NCBI GenBank assembly: GCA_963712025.1
Contig: CAVQGJ010000011.1
Span: forward strand, 455,929-519,928
Direction: 5' to 3'
From: an uncultured Verrucomicrobiae bacterium
Lineage (GTDB): Bacteria; Verrucomicrobiota; Verrucomicrobiia; Palsa-1439
Length of the DNA: 64,000 nucleotides
Part shown: one piece after another, positions 55,701 through 64,000 of the stretch
Layout: each line of letters starts with the position of its first letter
Numbering within the stretch: the stretch's first letter is position 1
Notes under the pieces: model-generated
Database searches by the model: none
Told to the model about the DNA's origin: nothing
Seen by the model: only the letters and a program-made list of their open reading frames with translations
Program-made: the position numbers and the translations under genes

Positions 55701-56781
55701 CTACGGCAGAGACGGGCGTCCATCGTTGCTCTTCAGCACGATGATCGTCACCGGTATGACAATCTTCGGTTGCGCGGACGCGTTCGAATCAAAGCTGATC
55801 GTGCCCCGCTCTGATTGCTTCGGCGATTCCGTGAGCTTGGCCACCACGTTGTACACCTTCCCCGTCTCGACGGTCACCAGCTCTACCGTCAGGTTCGTCA
55901 AGCTGGTGCTTAAATTCGTGATCTCGAGGGCTTTGTCAGAACGCGTGGAGGACACGGTGATCCGGCGGACCGGCAGCGACTGCGCATCCTGCATGGGTGT
56001 GTGCGACGAATCCGTGATCGGCCAGTAGAGTTGTTCGTGATCCAGGACCAGGTCGCCAAGCAGACGCCCGGCGACACCCACCGTCATGGCGGGCTGGCTG
56101 ATGCCATCGAGGTAAACCTTCACGTTTTCATTGATGGGCCGAGGGGTGCCGTCGGGACGGGCATCGATCACGAGTTTGGCCGATTGGTCGTTCGATCCCT
56201 CAATGGGTTCCACATGCACGGTCAGGAATTTGCTGCTGGGCTCGGTCTTCGCCACCACCAGCTTCTGGCCGTCGACCCGGTGTAATACCACGCTCAGGTT
56301 GGTCGTCGCCCCCGGACGGAGTGCTCCCAGGGAAACTTGTGGCGGCGTGGCATCGAGGATCTGTTTCATTTCGATTTTGATCGACAGGCTCACGCTCGGG
56401 CTCGGCCGGGTCGTTGGAGGGGACGGTGATGTGCTTCTCCAACCGCCCGCGCTGGTTGCCGACACGGACGGTGAAAACCAATTGCCCGCTGTCACCCGGC
56501 TTCAGGACATCGGGCTTCACGCTGGCGACCGTGCAGCCGCAGGATGGCTGGGGCTTGTTGAGCTTCAGTTCGGCGGCGCCGACATTCTGATACGTGAACG
56601 TGCCGGTCACGGAGTCCACCAGCGACGTCGCGCCGAAATCGTACACGGTCTTGTCGAACTGGATTTTGGGCGCGCCCGCAGGAGGCGTCGCCGCTGCCGC
56701 CGGGGTGTTGGTTCCGTCCGCGCGGGCGACGCCAACCGTCGCCAACGCCAGTACTATCGCTGCCAGCAATTGTCGCTTCAT
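55701..56781 (-). CDS. DUF1573-domain secreted protein (one frame break)
   Basis: Signal peptide MKRQLLAAIVLALATVGVARA. DUF1573 core FDKTVYDFG..TFTYQNVGAAELKL..PSCGCTV. Continues in ORF 55701..56495. The break is at about 56395-56425. Confidence 0.7.
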
Positions 56782-56945
56782 GGTTGTTCTTGCAATCTCC
56801 GTTTTCGTTGAACTTGGTGTTGTCCGCATCTTACTAGGCCCCCGACCGTCTGACAAGTGCAACTCTTCAGGTATTTCACCCGCAAAAGAAGTTGCATTTG
56901 ACCAGGGTCCGGTTGAAGATTTCCCGGTGGCCTTTGACAGCGATC

Positions 56946-57887
56946 ATGTATTTTCCACTCAATGTTTTTCTGCAATCCCTCGCGGTGGCGACCACCACCG
57001 CGGGCATGGATAATCTCTCGGAACCCCAGCTTATCGCCCGCTATCCGGCCATTGCCGCCACGACCGCCGTCCTGCTTTCGGCCGGGTTGATTTGCGATCT
57101 CTACCTGCTGTTCCGATTTGCGCGGCCGACCCTGTCCAATTACCCGTCGACCGACAACGGCCCGACGCTCAAGATCGACCCGAAACCATGGAATATGCGC
57201 GATTTGCTGGCTGCCGCCAGTTCGCTCATCCTCGTGCTCGTCGCCGGCGAGTTGGTGGTCACCCTCATCTTCTACCTGGCCCATCGGGATCAAGATGGCG
57301 CCCTGCCCTGGCTTCTGGCCACGGACATGACATTGCGGGTCGTCATTCTCTTTGCCTTCGTGGCTGCCTTCCGGCAACGTGGTATTGATTGGCGTCGGGC
57401 GATCGGCCTTCGCGGTATCTCACCGGCGAAATCCATCGCCTTCGGGGCAATGGCCTTTCTCGCCATCCTTCCCCCGCTGGCAATCGCGTTTGCCGTCTGC
57501 TCACAGGTTTGCCACCTTGTCGGGATCAAGGAAGAGACGCAGCCCATTGCCGACCTCCTGGCCAGTTCCGACTCGATGGCTGTCGTGGTCCTGATTGCGG
57601 GCTTCGCCGTCGCCGTCGCGCCCGTGTTCGAAGAGTTCCTCTTTCGCGGTTTCGCGTATCCCGTGCTCAAGCAACGGTGGGGCGCGTGGAGGGCTTTGCT
57701 GGTCGTATCCGCAGTGTTCGCCGCGATCCATTTTCACCTGCCGTCCCTCGGGCCGCTCTTCGCCTTCGCCATCGGGCTCGGGCTCGCCTACGAAGCCAGC
57801 GGCTCCCTGCTGGCCCCCATTACCATGCATGCGTTGTTCAACACCGCCAACGTCGCGCTGGTCCTGTACGTGCGCGCCCACTCATGA
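56946..57887 (+). CDS. CPBP family intramembrane glutamic endopeptidase
   Basis: Multi-TM. EEFLFRGF and AAIHF..HALFN motifs. Start uncertain (56892-57006). Confidence 0.7.
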   Translation: MYFPLNVFLQSLAVATTTAGMDNLSEPQLIARYPAIAATTAVLLSAGLICDLYLLFRFARPTLSNYPSTDNGPTLKIDPKPWNMRDLLAAASSLILVLVAGELVVTLIFYLAHRDQDGALPWLLATDMTLRVVILFAFVAAFRQRGIDWRRAIGLRGISPAKSIAFGAMAFLAILPPLAIAFAVCSQVCHLVGIKEETQPIADLLASSDSMAVVVLIAGFAVAVAPVFEEFLFRGFAYPVLKQRWGAWRALLVVSAVFAAIHFHLPSLGPLFAFAIGLGLAYEASGSLLAPITMHALFNTANVALVLYVRAHS

Positions 57888-58843
57888 AACACCGGCGCAA
57901 ACAACACCCCACGGTCCGTGACCTCGGCGAATTTGGATTGATCCGCCAACTCCGCGGCATCGTCGGTCCCTCCGGGAATTCGGTCGTGCGGGGGATCGGC
58001 GATGACTGCGCGGTCTTGCGCGGCGACGACCCGCGCAACTACCTGCTCTACACCTGCGACCCCGTGGTCGAAGGCATCCATTATCGACCGACCGACCCCC
58101 CGCGCAAAGTCGGCTGGAAAGCCATGGCCCGCAACCTCAGCGACATCGCCGCCATGGGGGGTGTGCCGCGTTGGGCCGTCGTCAGCATCGGGCTGCGGCG
58201 CGATACCGACGCCCAGTGGGTGAAACAACTCTATGCCGGCCTCCAGGCGGCGGCGAAAGCATTCGGTTGCCAGATTGTCGGGGGCGACACGACACACGTC
58301 CGACACGAACAGTTCGTTGTGGTCGCGGTGGTCGGCGAGGTCGAGCGATCGCGGCTCACCTTGCGTAGCGGCGCGAAGCTCGGGGATTCGATCCTCGTGA
58401 CGGGCACACTCGGCGGCTCGTCGCGCGGGAAACATCTCTCGTTCACCCCGCGGATTCACGAAGCGCGGTGGCTGGTGGCCCGGTTTCCCGTCCATGCCAT
58501 GATCGACCTGAGCGACGGATTGTCCAGCGATCTGCACCGCCTGGCGGAGGCCAGCCCGCGCGGTATCGCCTTCGAGATTCACGCCGCCGAAATCCCGATG
58601 AGTCACGCGGCTCGCGGCAATCTGGCCGCCGCGCTCGGCGACGGCGAGGACTTCGAGCTGCTGTTCACCGTCGATCCGCGGCAGGTGACCGCGCTCCGCC
58701 AGAAATGGGCGCGCCGATTCCGCACCGAACTGACCGAGATCGGCCGAGTCGTGAAGTCCAAACACAAAGTCGCGCTCATCCAACGGGACGGTTCCCGACA
58801 ACTTCTTACTGCCGCGGGCTATGATCATTTCGCAGCCAGTTGA
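57884..58843 (+). CDS. thiL: thiamine-monophosphate kinase
   Basis: ATG 57884 overlaps the upstream stop (ATGA). GEFGLI..GIGDDCAVL..DPVVEGIHY..ARNLSDIAAMGG..GGDTT. Confidence 0.85.
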   Translation: MKHRRKQHPTVRDLGEFGLIRQLRGIVGPSGNSVVRGIGDDCAVLRGDDPRNYLLYTCDPVVEGIHYRPTDPPRKVGWKAMARNLSDIAAMGGVPRWAVVSIGLRRDTDAQWVKQLYAGLQAAAKAFGCQIVGGDTTHVRHEQFVVVAVVGEVERSRLTLRSGAKLGDSILVTGTLGGSSRGKHLSFTPRIHEARWLVARFPVHAMIDLSDGLSSDLHRLAEASPRGIAFEIHAAEIPMSHAARGNLAAALGDGEDFELLFTVDPRQVTALRQKWARRFRTELTEIGRVVKSKHKVALIQRDGSRQLLTAAGYDHFAAS

Positions 58844-59243
58844 CACTCACAGCGTCGAGGAAACGCTGCGCTTCGGGGAACGATTGGGCCGCGAACTCCA
58901 GCGCGGCGACGTCGTCGCCTTGTGTGGCGATCTCGGCGCGGGAAAAACCGCTCTCGTCAAGGGCATCGCGCGCGGGTTGGGCATCACGCAGGAGGTGACG
59001 AGCCCTACGTTTACTCTCGTACACGAATACCCGGGCGGGCGCCTCCCGCTGTTCCACATCGATTTGTATCGGCTCGACAACCCGGAGCAGGCATTGGCGA
59101 TCGGCATTGAAGATTACTTGAGCGGTCCCGGTGTGACGGCGATCGAATGGTCGGAGAAAATCGACTCGCTGCTGCCGGCGACGGCGACGCGCATCCGTAT
59201 CACCGTGATGGACAACGACGCGCGCCGCATCGAGGTCGCATGA
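58821..59243 (+). CDS. tsaE: tRNA t6A37 biosynthesis ATPase TsaE
   Basis: 140 aa. GDLGAGKTALVKG..SPTFTL..HIDLYRL. Confidence 0.85.
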   Translation: MIISQPVDTHSVEETLRFGERLGRELQRGDVVALCGDLGAGKTALVKGIARGLGITQEVTSPTFTLVHEYPGGRLPLFHIDLYRLDNPEQALAIGIEDYLSGPGVTAIEWSEKIDSLLPATATRIRITVMDNDARRIEVA

Positions 59244-59917
59244 TCACACTGGCCATTGACACCTCGACCCCGCGTGGCGCCGTGGCGCTGTTGCGTGACG
59301 ACAACCCGCTGGCCGAGGAAACGTTCGACCGCTCCCGGGCCGGTCAAAACCTTTTCGATGCGGCGGCCAAGCTGCTTTCGGAGAACCATCACGGCGTGGC
59401 GGACATCGGGTTGCTCGCCGTCGGACTGGGACCGGGGTCGTTTACCGGGATTCGAGCCGGTATTGCGGCGGCCAAGGGACTCGCTTTGCCGCGCCGGCTG
59501 CCGATCAAGGGCGCCAGCAGCTACGATGCGCTGGCCTTGACCGCGCTGCCGAAGATGCCGCGCGATTGCCCGCAACTGTGCGTGTTGGGCGACGCCCGGC
59601 GGGACGAGATTTATTTCGCGCTGTACGATCAAGCGGGCCGCCGCGTGAAGGACTGCCGGATCGCCACGCTCGAAGCCGTCGCCGACGAGATTCACCATCC
59701 GATTTGGTTTGTCAGTTCCGAAATCGACCGCTACAAGAGTGCCTTGGCGTCGCTCTTTGGCGGTTTCGCATCGGTTGCGGAAACGCCGATATTTCCCAGC
59801 GCCGCGGCGGTGGGCTGGCTGGCCTTTCACCGCTTTCGAGACGATGGCAATCAAGGTGACGAAAATGCCGAGCCGATTTATTTGCGGGCTCCGCAGTACA
59901 GGAAAATTGGAATATGA
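59240..59917 (+). CDS. tsaB: tRNA t6A37 biosynthesis protein TsaB
   Basis: ATG 59240 overlaps the tsaE stop. MITLAIDTSTPRGAVALL..GLGPGSFTGIRAGIAAAKG. Confidence 0.85.
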   Translation: MITLAIDTSTPRGAVALLRDDNPLAEETFDRSRAGQNLFDAAAKLLSENHHGVADIGLLAVGLGPGSFTGIRAGIAAAKGLALPRRLPIKGASSYDALALTALPKMPRDCPQLCVLGDARRDEIYFALYDQAGRRVKDCRIATLEAVADEIHHPIWFVSSEIDRYKSALASLFGGFASVAETPIFPSAAAVGWLAFHRFRDDGNQGDENAEPIYLRAPQYRKIGI

Positions 59918-61371
59918 CAGAACCCAACGAGAAGCCGGTTCCTCAATGGTCGGCGAACCCCGGTGGCCAGGAGCATATTACCGACACGGGCCAGAAGGCG
60001 TTTCAGATCAATCTCGATGCCAAGAAGTACGGCACATTCGCGGAAATCGGCGCAGGCCAGGAGGTTGCGCGCTGGTTTTTCCGGGTCGGCGGCGCGGCGG
60101 GCACGGTGGCCAAAACCATTTCGGCCTACGACAAAACGGTCAGCGATGCCATCTACGGCACCATCGACCGCTATGTGAGCCGCAAACGGCTCCAACAAAT
60201 GCTCGATTACGAGTACAACCTGCTGATCGAGCGGCTCGACGCGTCCCGCGGCGCGGAAACGTGTTTCTTCGCGTTCGCCAACACGGTTGCGGCGCACAGC
60301 TACACGCGCCGGGATGATTCCAATGGCTGGCTGGGCATCAAGTTCCAGTCTGCGCCCCGCGCCGAACCGTCCCAGATCATGATCCATGTCCGCTTGTTGG
60401 ACGAGGAGAACCTCCGCGAGCAGGAGGCTCTGGGCATCATCGGCGTCAATCTCATCTACGGCGCGCTGGTCCATTTCGAACGGCCGCACTACCTCATCAC
60501 CTCGCTGCTGGATCAATTGAGCAAGAGCCGCGTCGATGTCGACATGATCAAGTTCTCGGGCCAGGCCTTCGCCCAGGTGGACAACCGCCTGATGAGCCTC
60601 CAGTTGGTCGAGCAAGGGCTGACCGAGGCGGTGATGTTCACCGTCGACGGTGACGTCGTGCAGCCCTCGGAAGTTCTCTACAAGAAACCCGTGCTCGTCG
60701 AGCGCGGCACGTTCCGGCCGGTCAACAACCTGCACGTCGACATGTTGGAGTGTGCGCGCCGCCAATTCGCGGCGGCGGCGCCGGAAAACAAGGACGCGGT
60801 TGTGCTCATGGAAATCACGATGCGCAATCTGCTCCAGAACGTAAACATTCAGCCCGCGGATTTTCTGGCCCGTGTCGATACGATTGGCACCATTGGCAAG
60901 ACCGTCCTCGTCACCCGACACGGCGAATTCTTCCGCGTGATTGAGTACTTGCGCCGTTCGACACAGAATTCCATTGGCATGGCCGTGGGCATGCCCACCG
61001 TCCAGGAACTGATGGAGCCACGATACTACGCCGGGCTTCCCGGCGGGATACTCGAAGCCCTCGGCCGACTCTTCGCAGGGCCGGTGCGGCTGTACATCTA
61101 CCCGCGCAAGGACGAGCACGGACACCTCATCACTACCAAAAATATTCCTGTCCCCGATAACGAGAAATTCTTACTGGCCCACTTGCAACAGCAACATCTC
61201 TCCGAGGATCTGGAGGGCGTCAACCTCAAGAATCTCGACATCAAGTACGCTGACTTGCTGAAGAGGATTCGCGCCGGCGACCCCGAGTGGGAAACCATGG
61301 TCCCGGCCGCCGTCCGCGACATTATCAAGTCCCGAAACTACTTCGGCTTCGGCGGCGGCAACGACGAGTGA
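59914..61371 (+). CDS. conserved hypothetical protein (485 aa), translationally coupled to tsaB
   Basis: ATG overlaps the tsaB stop (ATGA). ..KYGTFAEIGAGQEVARWFFRVGGAAGTVAKTISAYDK.. No family name that I can assign with confidence. Confidence 0.65.
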   Translation: MTEPNEKPVPQWSANPGGQEHITDTGQKAFQINLDAKKYGTFAEIGAGQEVARWFFRVGGAAGTVAKTISAYDKTVSDAIYGTIDRYVSRKRLQQMLDYEYNLLIERLDASRGAETCFFAFANTVAAHSYTRRDDSNGWLGIKFQSAPRAEPSQIMIHVRLLDEENLREQEALGIIGVNLIYGALVHFERPHYLITSLLDQLSKSRVDVDMIKFSGQAFAQVDNRLMSLQLVEQGLTEAVMFTVDGDVVQPSEVLYKKPVLVERGTFRPVNNLHVDMLECARRQFAAAAPENKDAVVLMEITMRNLLQNVNIQPADFLARVDTIGTIGKTVLVTRHGEFFRVIEYLRRSTQNSIGMAVGMPTVQELMEPRYYAGLPGGILEALGRLFAGPVRLYIYPRKDEHGHLITTKNIPVPDNEKFLLAHLQQQHLSEDLEGVNLKNLDIKYADLLKRIRAGDPEWETMVPAAVRDIIKSRNYFGFGGGNDE

Positions 61372-61742
61372 GACGGCACGCTCCGATTCCAGCCGCTGTC
61401 TCGGATGCGTGCTTTCAGCCTATTTAGAACTGTTTCAAAGGATTCAATTCCCAAACCTTTCAGGTACTCTCCTGACCCTACCAAGACAAAGAGCATCCCC
61501 CCTGCAGTTGCCCCCACGACTGCCCGGTAATATTTTAGATAAAAAACTGCCCTCGGAGACAATCCAGAATGGAATGCGTCTCTAGCCAGGCACATCGCCC
61601 CGAAGACAAATGCCAAGCACAGACACATGATCAACGAAAACCGCGCCCAGCGTGGCCGCTGGGTCGAGTATACAAGAGATCTTGCCAGCATCCACAGCAC
61701 AAAGATGGTACCACATGAATCAATAATCGTGTGTGTTTCCAA
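61338..61742 (-). CDS. hypothetical membrane protein (134 aa), lower GC
   Basis: Three or four hydrophobic helices. The 3' end overlaps the convergent upstream gene by 34 nt. Confidence 0.4.
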   Translation of the reverse strand: METHTIIDSCGTIFVLWMLARSLVYSTQRPRWARFSLIMCLCLAFVFGAMCLARDAFHSGLSPRAVFYLKYYRAVVGATAGGMLFVLVGSGEYLKGLGIESFETVLNRLKARIRDSGWNRSVPSHSSLPPPKPK

Positions 61743-61850
61743 TCGGGTTATCCCCCAAGCTGGCTTCCATGCCCATCAGTTTACTCGCGTTCCCAGCCAC
61801 GCTCAAGCCGTTTTGCTAGGCGCGAAAGTGTTTCACGACAAAAACATCGC

Positions 61851-62258
61851 TCACGGCACGATCTGAAAACCCATCTGTTTGAAATGGCGGTCGGTGGTCA
61901 GTGCCTGTTTCAGTTTGAGTTGTTGCATGACCACGAAACTGGCGCAGTCGGTGAATGAGAAATCCTTGTCGGCGTACCGAAAGAACACATGCCGCGCCTT
62001 CTCCGCGCGTTCGGGCGTGATCGGTTCCCATTGCAACCGCGCGCTTCCGTCAATCTGCTTCCACCACGCTTCCGCCGCCGACAACCCGAGCCGAAACCGA
62101 ATCAAGGTCAGTGTCTCATCTACGACGTAGTCGGTCGTCACCAACGCACCTTTGCGCTCCAGCCAACGGTCACGCGCCATCGTCGCCCGGTCATGAGCCC
62201 GGTCCGCCGCGTCCGCACAGGCCATCCAGCCCGCCGTATCGACGAACAGGCCTTTCAT
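61851..62258 (-). CDS. vapC: type II toxin VapC (PIN domain ribonuclease)
   Basis: 135 aa. FVDTAGW..TTDYVVDETL..FSFTDCASF..TTDRHF acidic PIN residues. Confidence 0.8.
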   Translation of the reverse strand: MKGLFVDTAGWMACADAADRAHDRATMARDRWLERKGALVTTDYVVDETLTLIRFRLGLSAAEAWWKQIDGSARLQWEPITPERAEKARHVFFRYADKDFSFTDCASFVVMQQLKLKQALTTDRHFKQMGFQIVP

Positions 62259-62503
62259 TTGCCGTAGAGCACCGCATCATGGTCGCGAGCACTCAATCCA
62301 TCCCGCGACCTGCCCAGCGCCGGGGCGCGGTAGAGGGAATCGCTCTCCAGCTCGTCTTGCGGAACTGACGTCGCATCCACGGGGACGATTTCAAATGCGG
62401 GCCGGCTCCGGTACAGCACGGTGAATCGCGTGCCCTTTTTCACGCGACCGACAACATCCGGCAGCCGCCGCCGCAGCTCCTTCACATTAATCAATGTACT
62501 CAT
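62255..62503 (-). CDS. type II antitoxin (Phd/YefM-like)
   Basis: 82 aa. MSTLINVKELRRRLPDVVGRVKKGTRFTVLYRSRPAFEIVPV. 4-nt overlap with vapC. Confidence 0.7.
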   Translation of the reverse strand: MSTLINVKELRRRLPDVVGRVKKGTRFTVLYRSRPAFEIVPVDATSVPQDELESDSLYRAPALGRSRDGLSARDHDAVLYGK

Positions 62504-62728
62504 GCTCGATTTCTCAGGTTCACATTAAGATGAACCTGAATGCCCCGCGTGTCAAGCGTCCGGAATACTCGTCAGAGTCACGCCCTGGATCGGGCATTCC
62601 TGCGTGAACGAGATGATAGCTGGGCAGTCACCCTTTCAAATCGACATCCATGACGAGAACTGGACACTTTCAGTGTTCTCCAGTAACTTCCCACCAGATA
62701 ATGACGGCAACGCGACAGACTCATCGGT

Positions 62729-63241
62729 ATGTTGGCCGTAGTGATTCTGGCTTCCGCAGTCGTTTGGGGGCAACTCGGCACCCCCGCGAATCCGCCTTCT
62801 GCGCCGGTGACGACCCCGGATGTCTCGGCAAACACGAACAGGCCCGTTGCGGCCCCGGTGGCCGTTCCCCAACCCGCCATGACCGTGGAGCCGGTGCCGC
62901 CTCCCATCACCGTGCCCCGTCCCGCCGAGGTAGTAATTCCATCGGCCACAACACCCCCGCCCGCGTCGTCGGCGACAATTCCCCCATCACGCGCCATGCC
63001 GTTACAAATACCGACGACCCAAGAATTGCTCACGAAATCGATCGCGTCGGCCCCGGGAGGATCCCAACAAAAGCTCAACGCCATTGCCTCTTCCCCGCTT
63101 ACGCTGTCCACCACCAACGAGGTGGCGCCGGACGTTGGCGCGGCAACCCTGTTCCCGTCCTCGACAAACCCGCCCGCCGGTCAACCCAACCCGTGGCAGA
63201 AGAACAATCCACTCCTGAAGGGGGTCGATTACCACTGGTAG
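62729..63241 (+). CDS. Pro/Thr-rich hypothetical protein with N-terminal anchor
   Basis: MLAVVILASAVVWGQ.., then low-complexity P/A/T/V sequence. Competing ORFs on both strands make this uncertain. Confidence 0.4.
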   Translation: MLAVVILASAVVWGQLGTPANPPSAPVTTPDVSANTNRPVAAPVAVPQPAMTVEPVPPPITVPRPAEVVIPSATTPPPASSATIPPSRAMPLQIPTTQELLTKSIASAPGGSQQKLNAIASSPLTLSTTNEVAPDVGAATLFPSSTNPPAGQPNPWQKNNPLLKGVDYHW

Positions 63242-63286
63242 ATCAGTCTGTTCTTCGAACCTCGTTGACGCTCGACCGATGGCGAT

Positions 63287-63697
63287 CTAGTTTAACCGGA
63301 TACCACGTTCCACATCCGACTTTGCTTTGCGGATGAGTTCGTCGATTACATTCTCTCCGGTCGCCAACGCAAACTCATCGGCGGTCTGAAATGTCGTCGT
63401 GTAGCAAAAGCGATTCACGCGCAAGTTGTCCTTGAATACTCGCAACTCGACCCGAGTCTCGTTGGCAGTGTGACGAATTTCATATTCTTCCCCATTGGAA
63501 GCCGTAAACGTAATCGATCCATGGTCGGCGTACATTATTTCCTCCTTTCCCTGCCTGAAACGTACATCGTACGGGACCAATTTCAAGGGCAGTGTCCCGG
63601 TTTGCCATCGGATGAAGGGGCAATGCGCGAGTGCACTTTTTTCAGGGTCGTTTGCAAAACAACTGACTTGACTCGTGTGCTTCGCGGTGCTAGTCAT
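63287..63697 (-). CDS. hypothetical protein (up to 136 aa)
   Basis: ORF only; lower GC. A possible internal start is MYADHGSITFTASNGEEYEIRH. Confidence 0.4.
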   Translation of the reverse strand: MTSTAKHTSQVSCFANDPEKSALAHCPFIRWQTGTLPLKLVPYDVRFRQGKEEIMYADHGSITFTASNGEEYEIRHTANETRVELRVFKDNLRVNRFCYTTTFQTADEFALATGENVIDELIRKAKSDVERGIRLN

Positions 63698-63780
63698 GAA
63701 ACGGAGGGACGTTGATTGGTCTCAAGGCGGCGTAAACATTCGAGTTCCAAGTTGCGCTACATGAGGAGGCTACCGCACTT

Positions 63781-64000
63781 ATGGGAGAGAGCATACTCGT
63801 CATTGACGACGATCCGGCAACGCTTGATTTTCTGATGGAACGCCTGAGCCCCGAGGGGTTCAGGATCTCCACGGTTGCGACGGGGCAGGACGGCATCGAC
63901 CAAGCCATCAGTCTTCAGCCCGATTTGATTCTACTCGATCTTCGCATGCCGGCTCGCGACGGCGTGAGTGTTTGCAAGGCGATACGCGCCAACCCGAAGA
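63781..64000 (+). CDS. response regulator receiver domain (partial, runs off the window end)
   Basis: Own translation: MGESILVIDDDPATLDFLMERL..PDLILLDLRMPARDGVSVCKAIRANPK. Confidence 0.8.
   Translation, partial: MGESILVIDDDPATLDFLMERLSPEGFRISTVATGQDGIDQAISLQPDLILLDLRMPARDGVSVCKAIRANPK

Overview
High-GC (roughly 60-65% by eye) bacterial chromosome segment. The gene content points to Verrucomicrobiota or another PVC-group organism: a PEP-CTERM sorting signal, GloVer-type repeats, DUF1573, prepilin-type pseudopilins and a four-helix-bundle IVS-type protein. This is inference, not a database hit.

Core genes:
- korA (partial), accD-folC, comF.
- A complete minus-strand type II secretion / T4P-like operon (gspE-F-G-H-I-J-K, pilMN fusion, pilO, a PilP-position gene, gspD).
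- uvrD-like helicase, hisA/hisH, tig-clpP-clpX, mgtA, ugd plus a sugar epimerase, lptD-like, ridA, a MauE/rhodanese pair, thiL-tsaE-tsaB, a VapC/Phd toxin-antitoxin pair and a partial response regulator.

Most interesting region: a 12.3-kb insertion (19744-32039).
- It is bounded by perfect 20-bp terminal inverted repeats with an IS1-type tip (GGTAGTG) and an 8-bp target duplication (AGAAATCG).
- It sits between uvrD and gspE, 60 nt upstream of the gspE start.
- Cargo includes an IS1-like transposase co-oriented with small ORFs and a PD-(D/E)xK-like protein.
- It also carries a decayed MmeI-like type IIG restriction-modification gene and two paralogous TPR cassettes.
- Each TPR cassette is preceded by the same promoter-to-terminator structured leader RNA; compensatory changes between the two copies support the fold.
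- It carries a selC-like tRNA gene with an aberrant anticodon arm.

Second small mobile-looking unit: a four-helix-bundle (23S rRNA IVS-type) ORF bracketed by 28-nt inverted repeats, wedged between hisH and hisA.

Caveat: at least about 17 genes have single-nucleotide reading-frame breaks. These include housekeeping genes (tig, ugd, lptD) and a dense cluster in the distal T2SS genes. Many may therefore be assembly indels. Break positions and some start codons are approximate. No CRISPR array or rRNA was seen.
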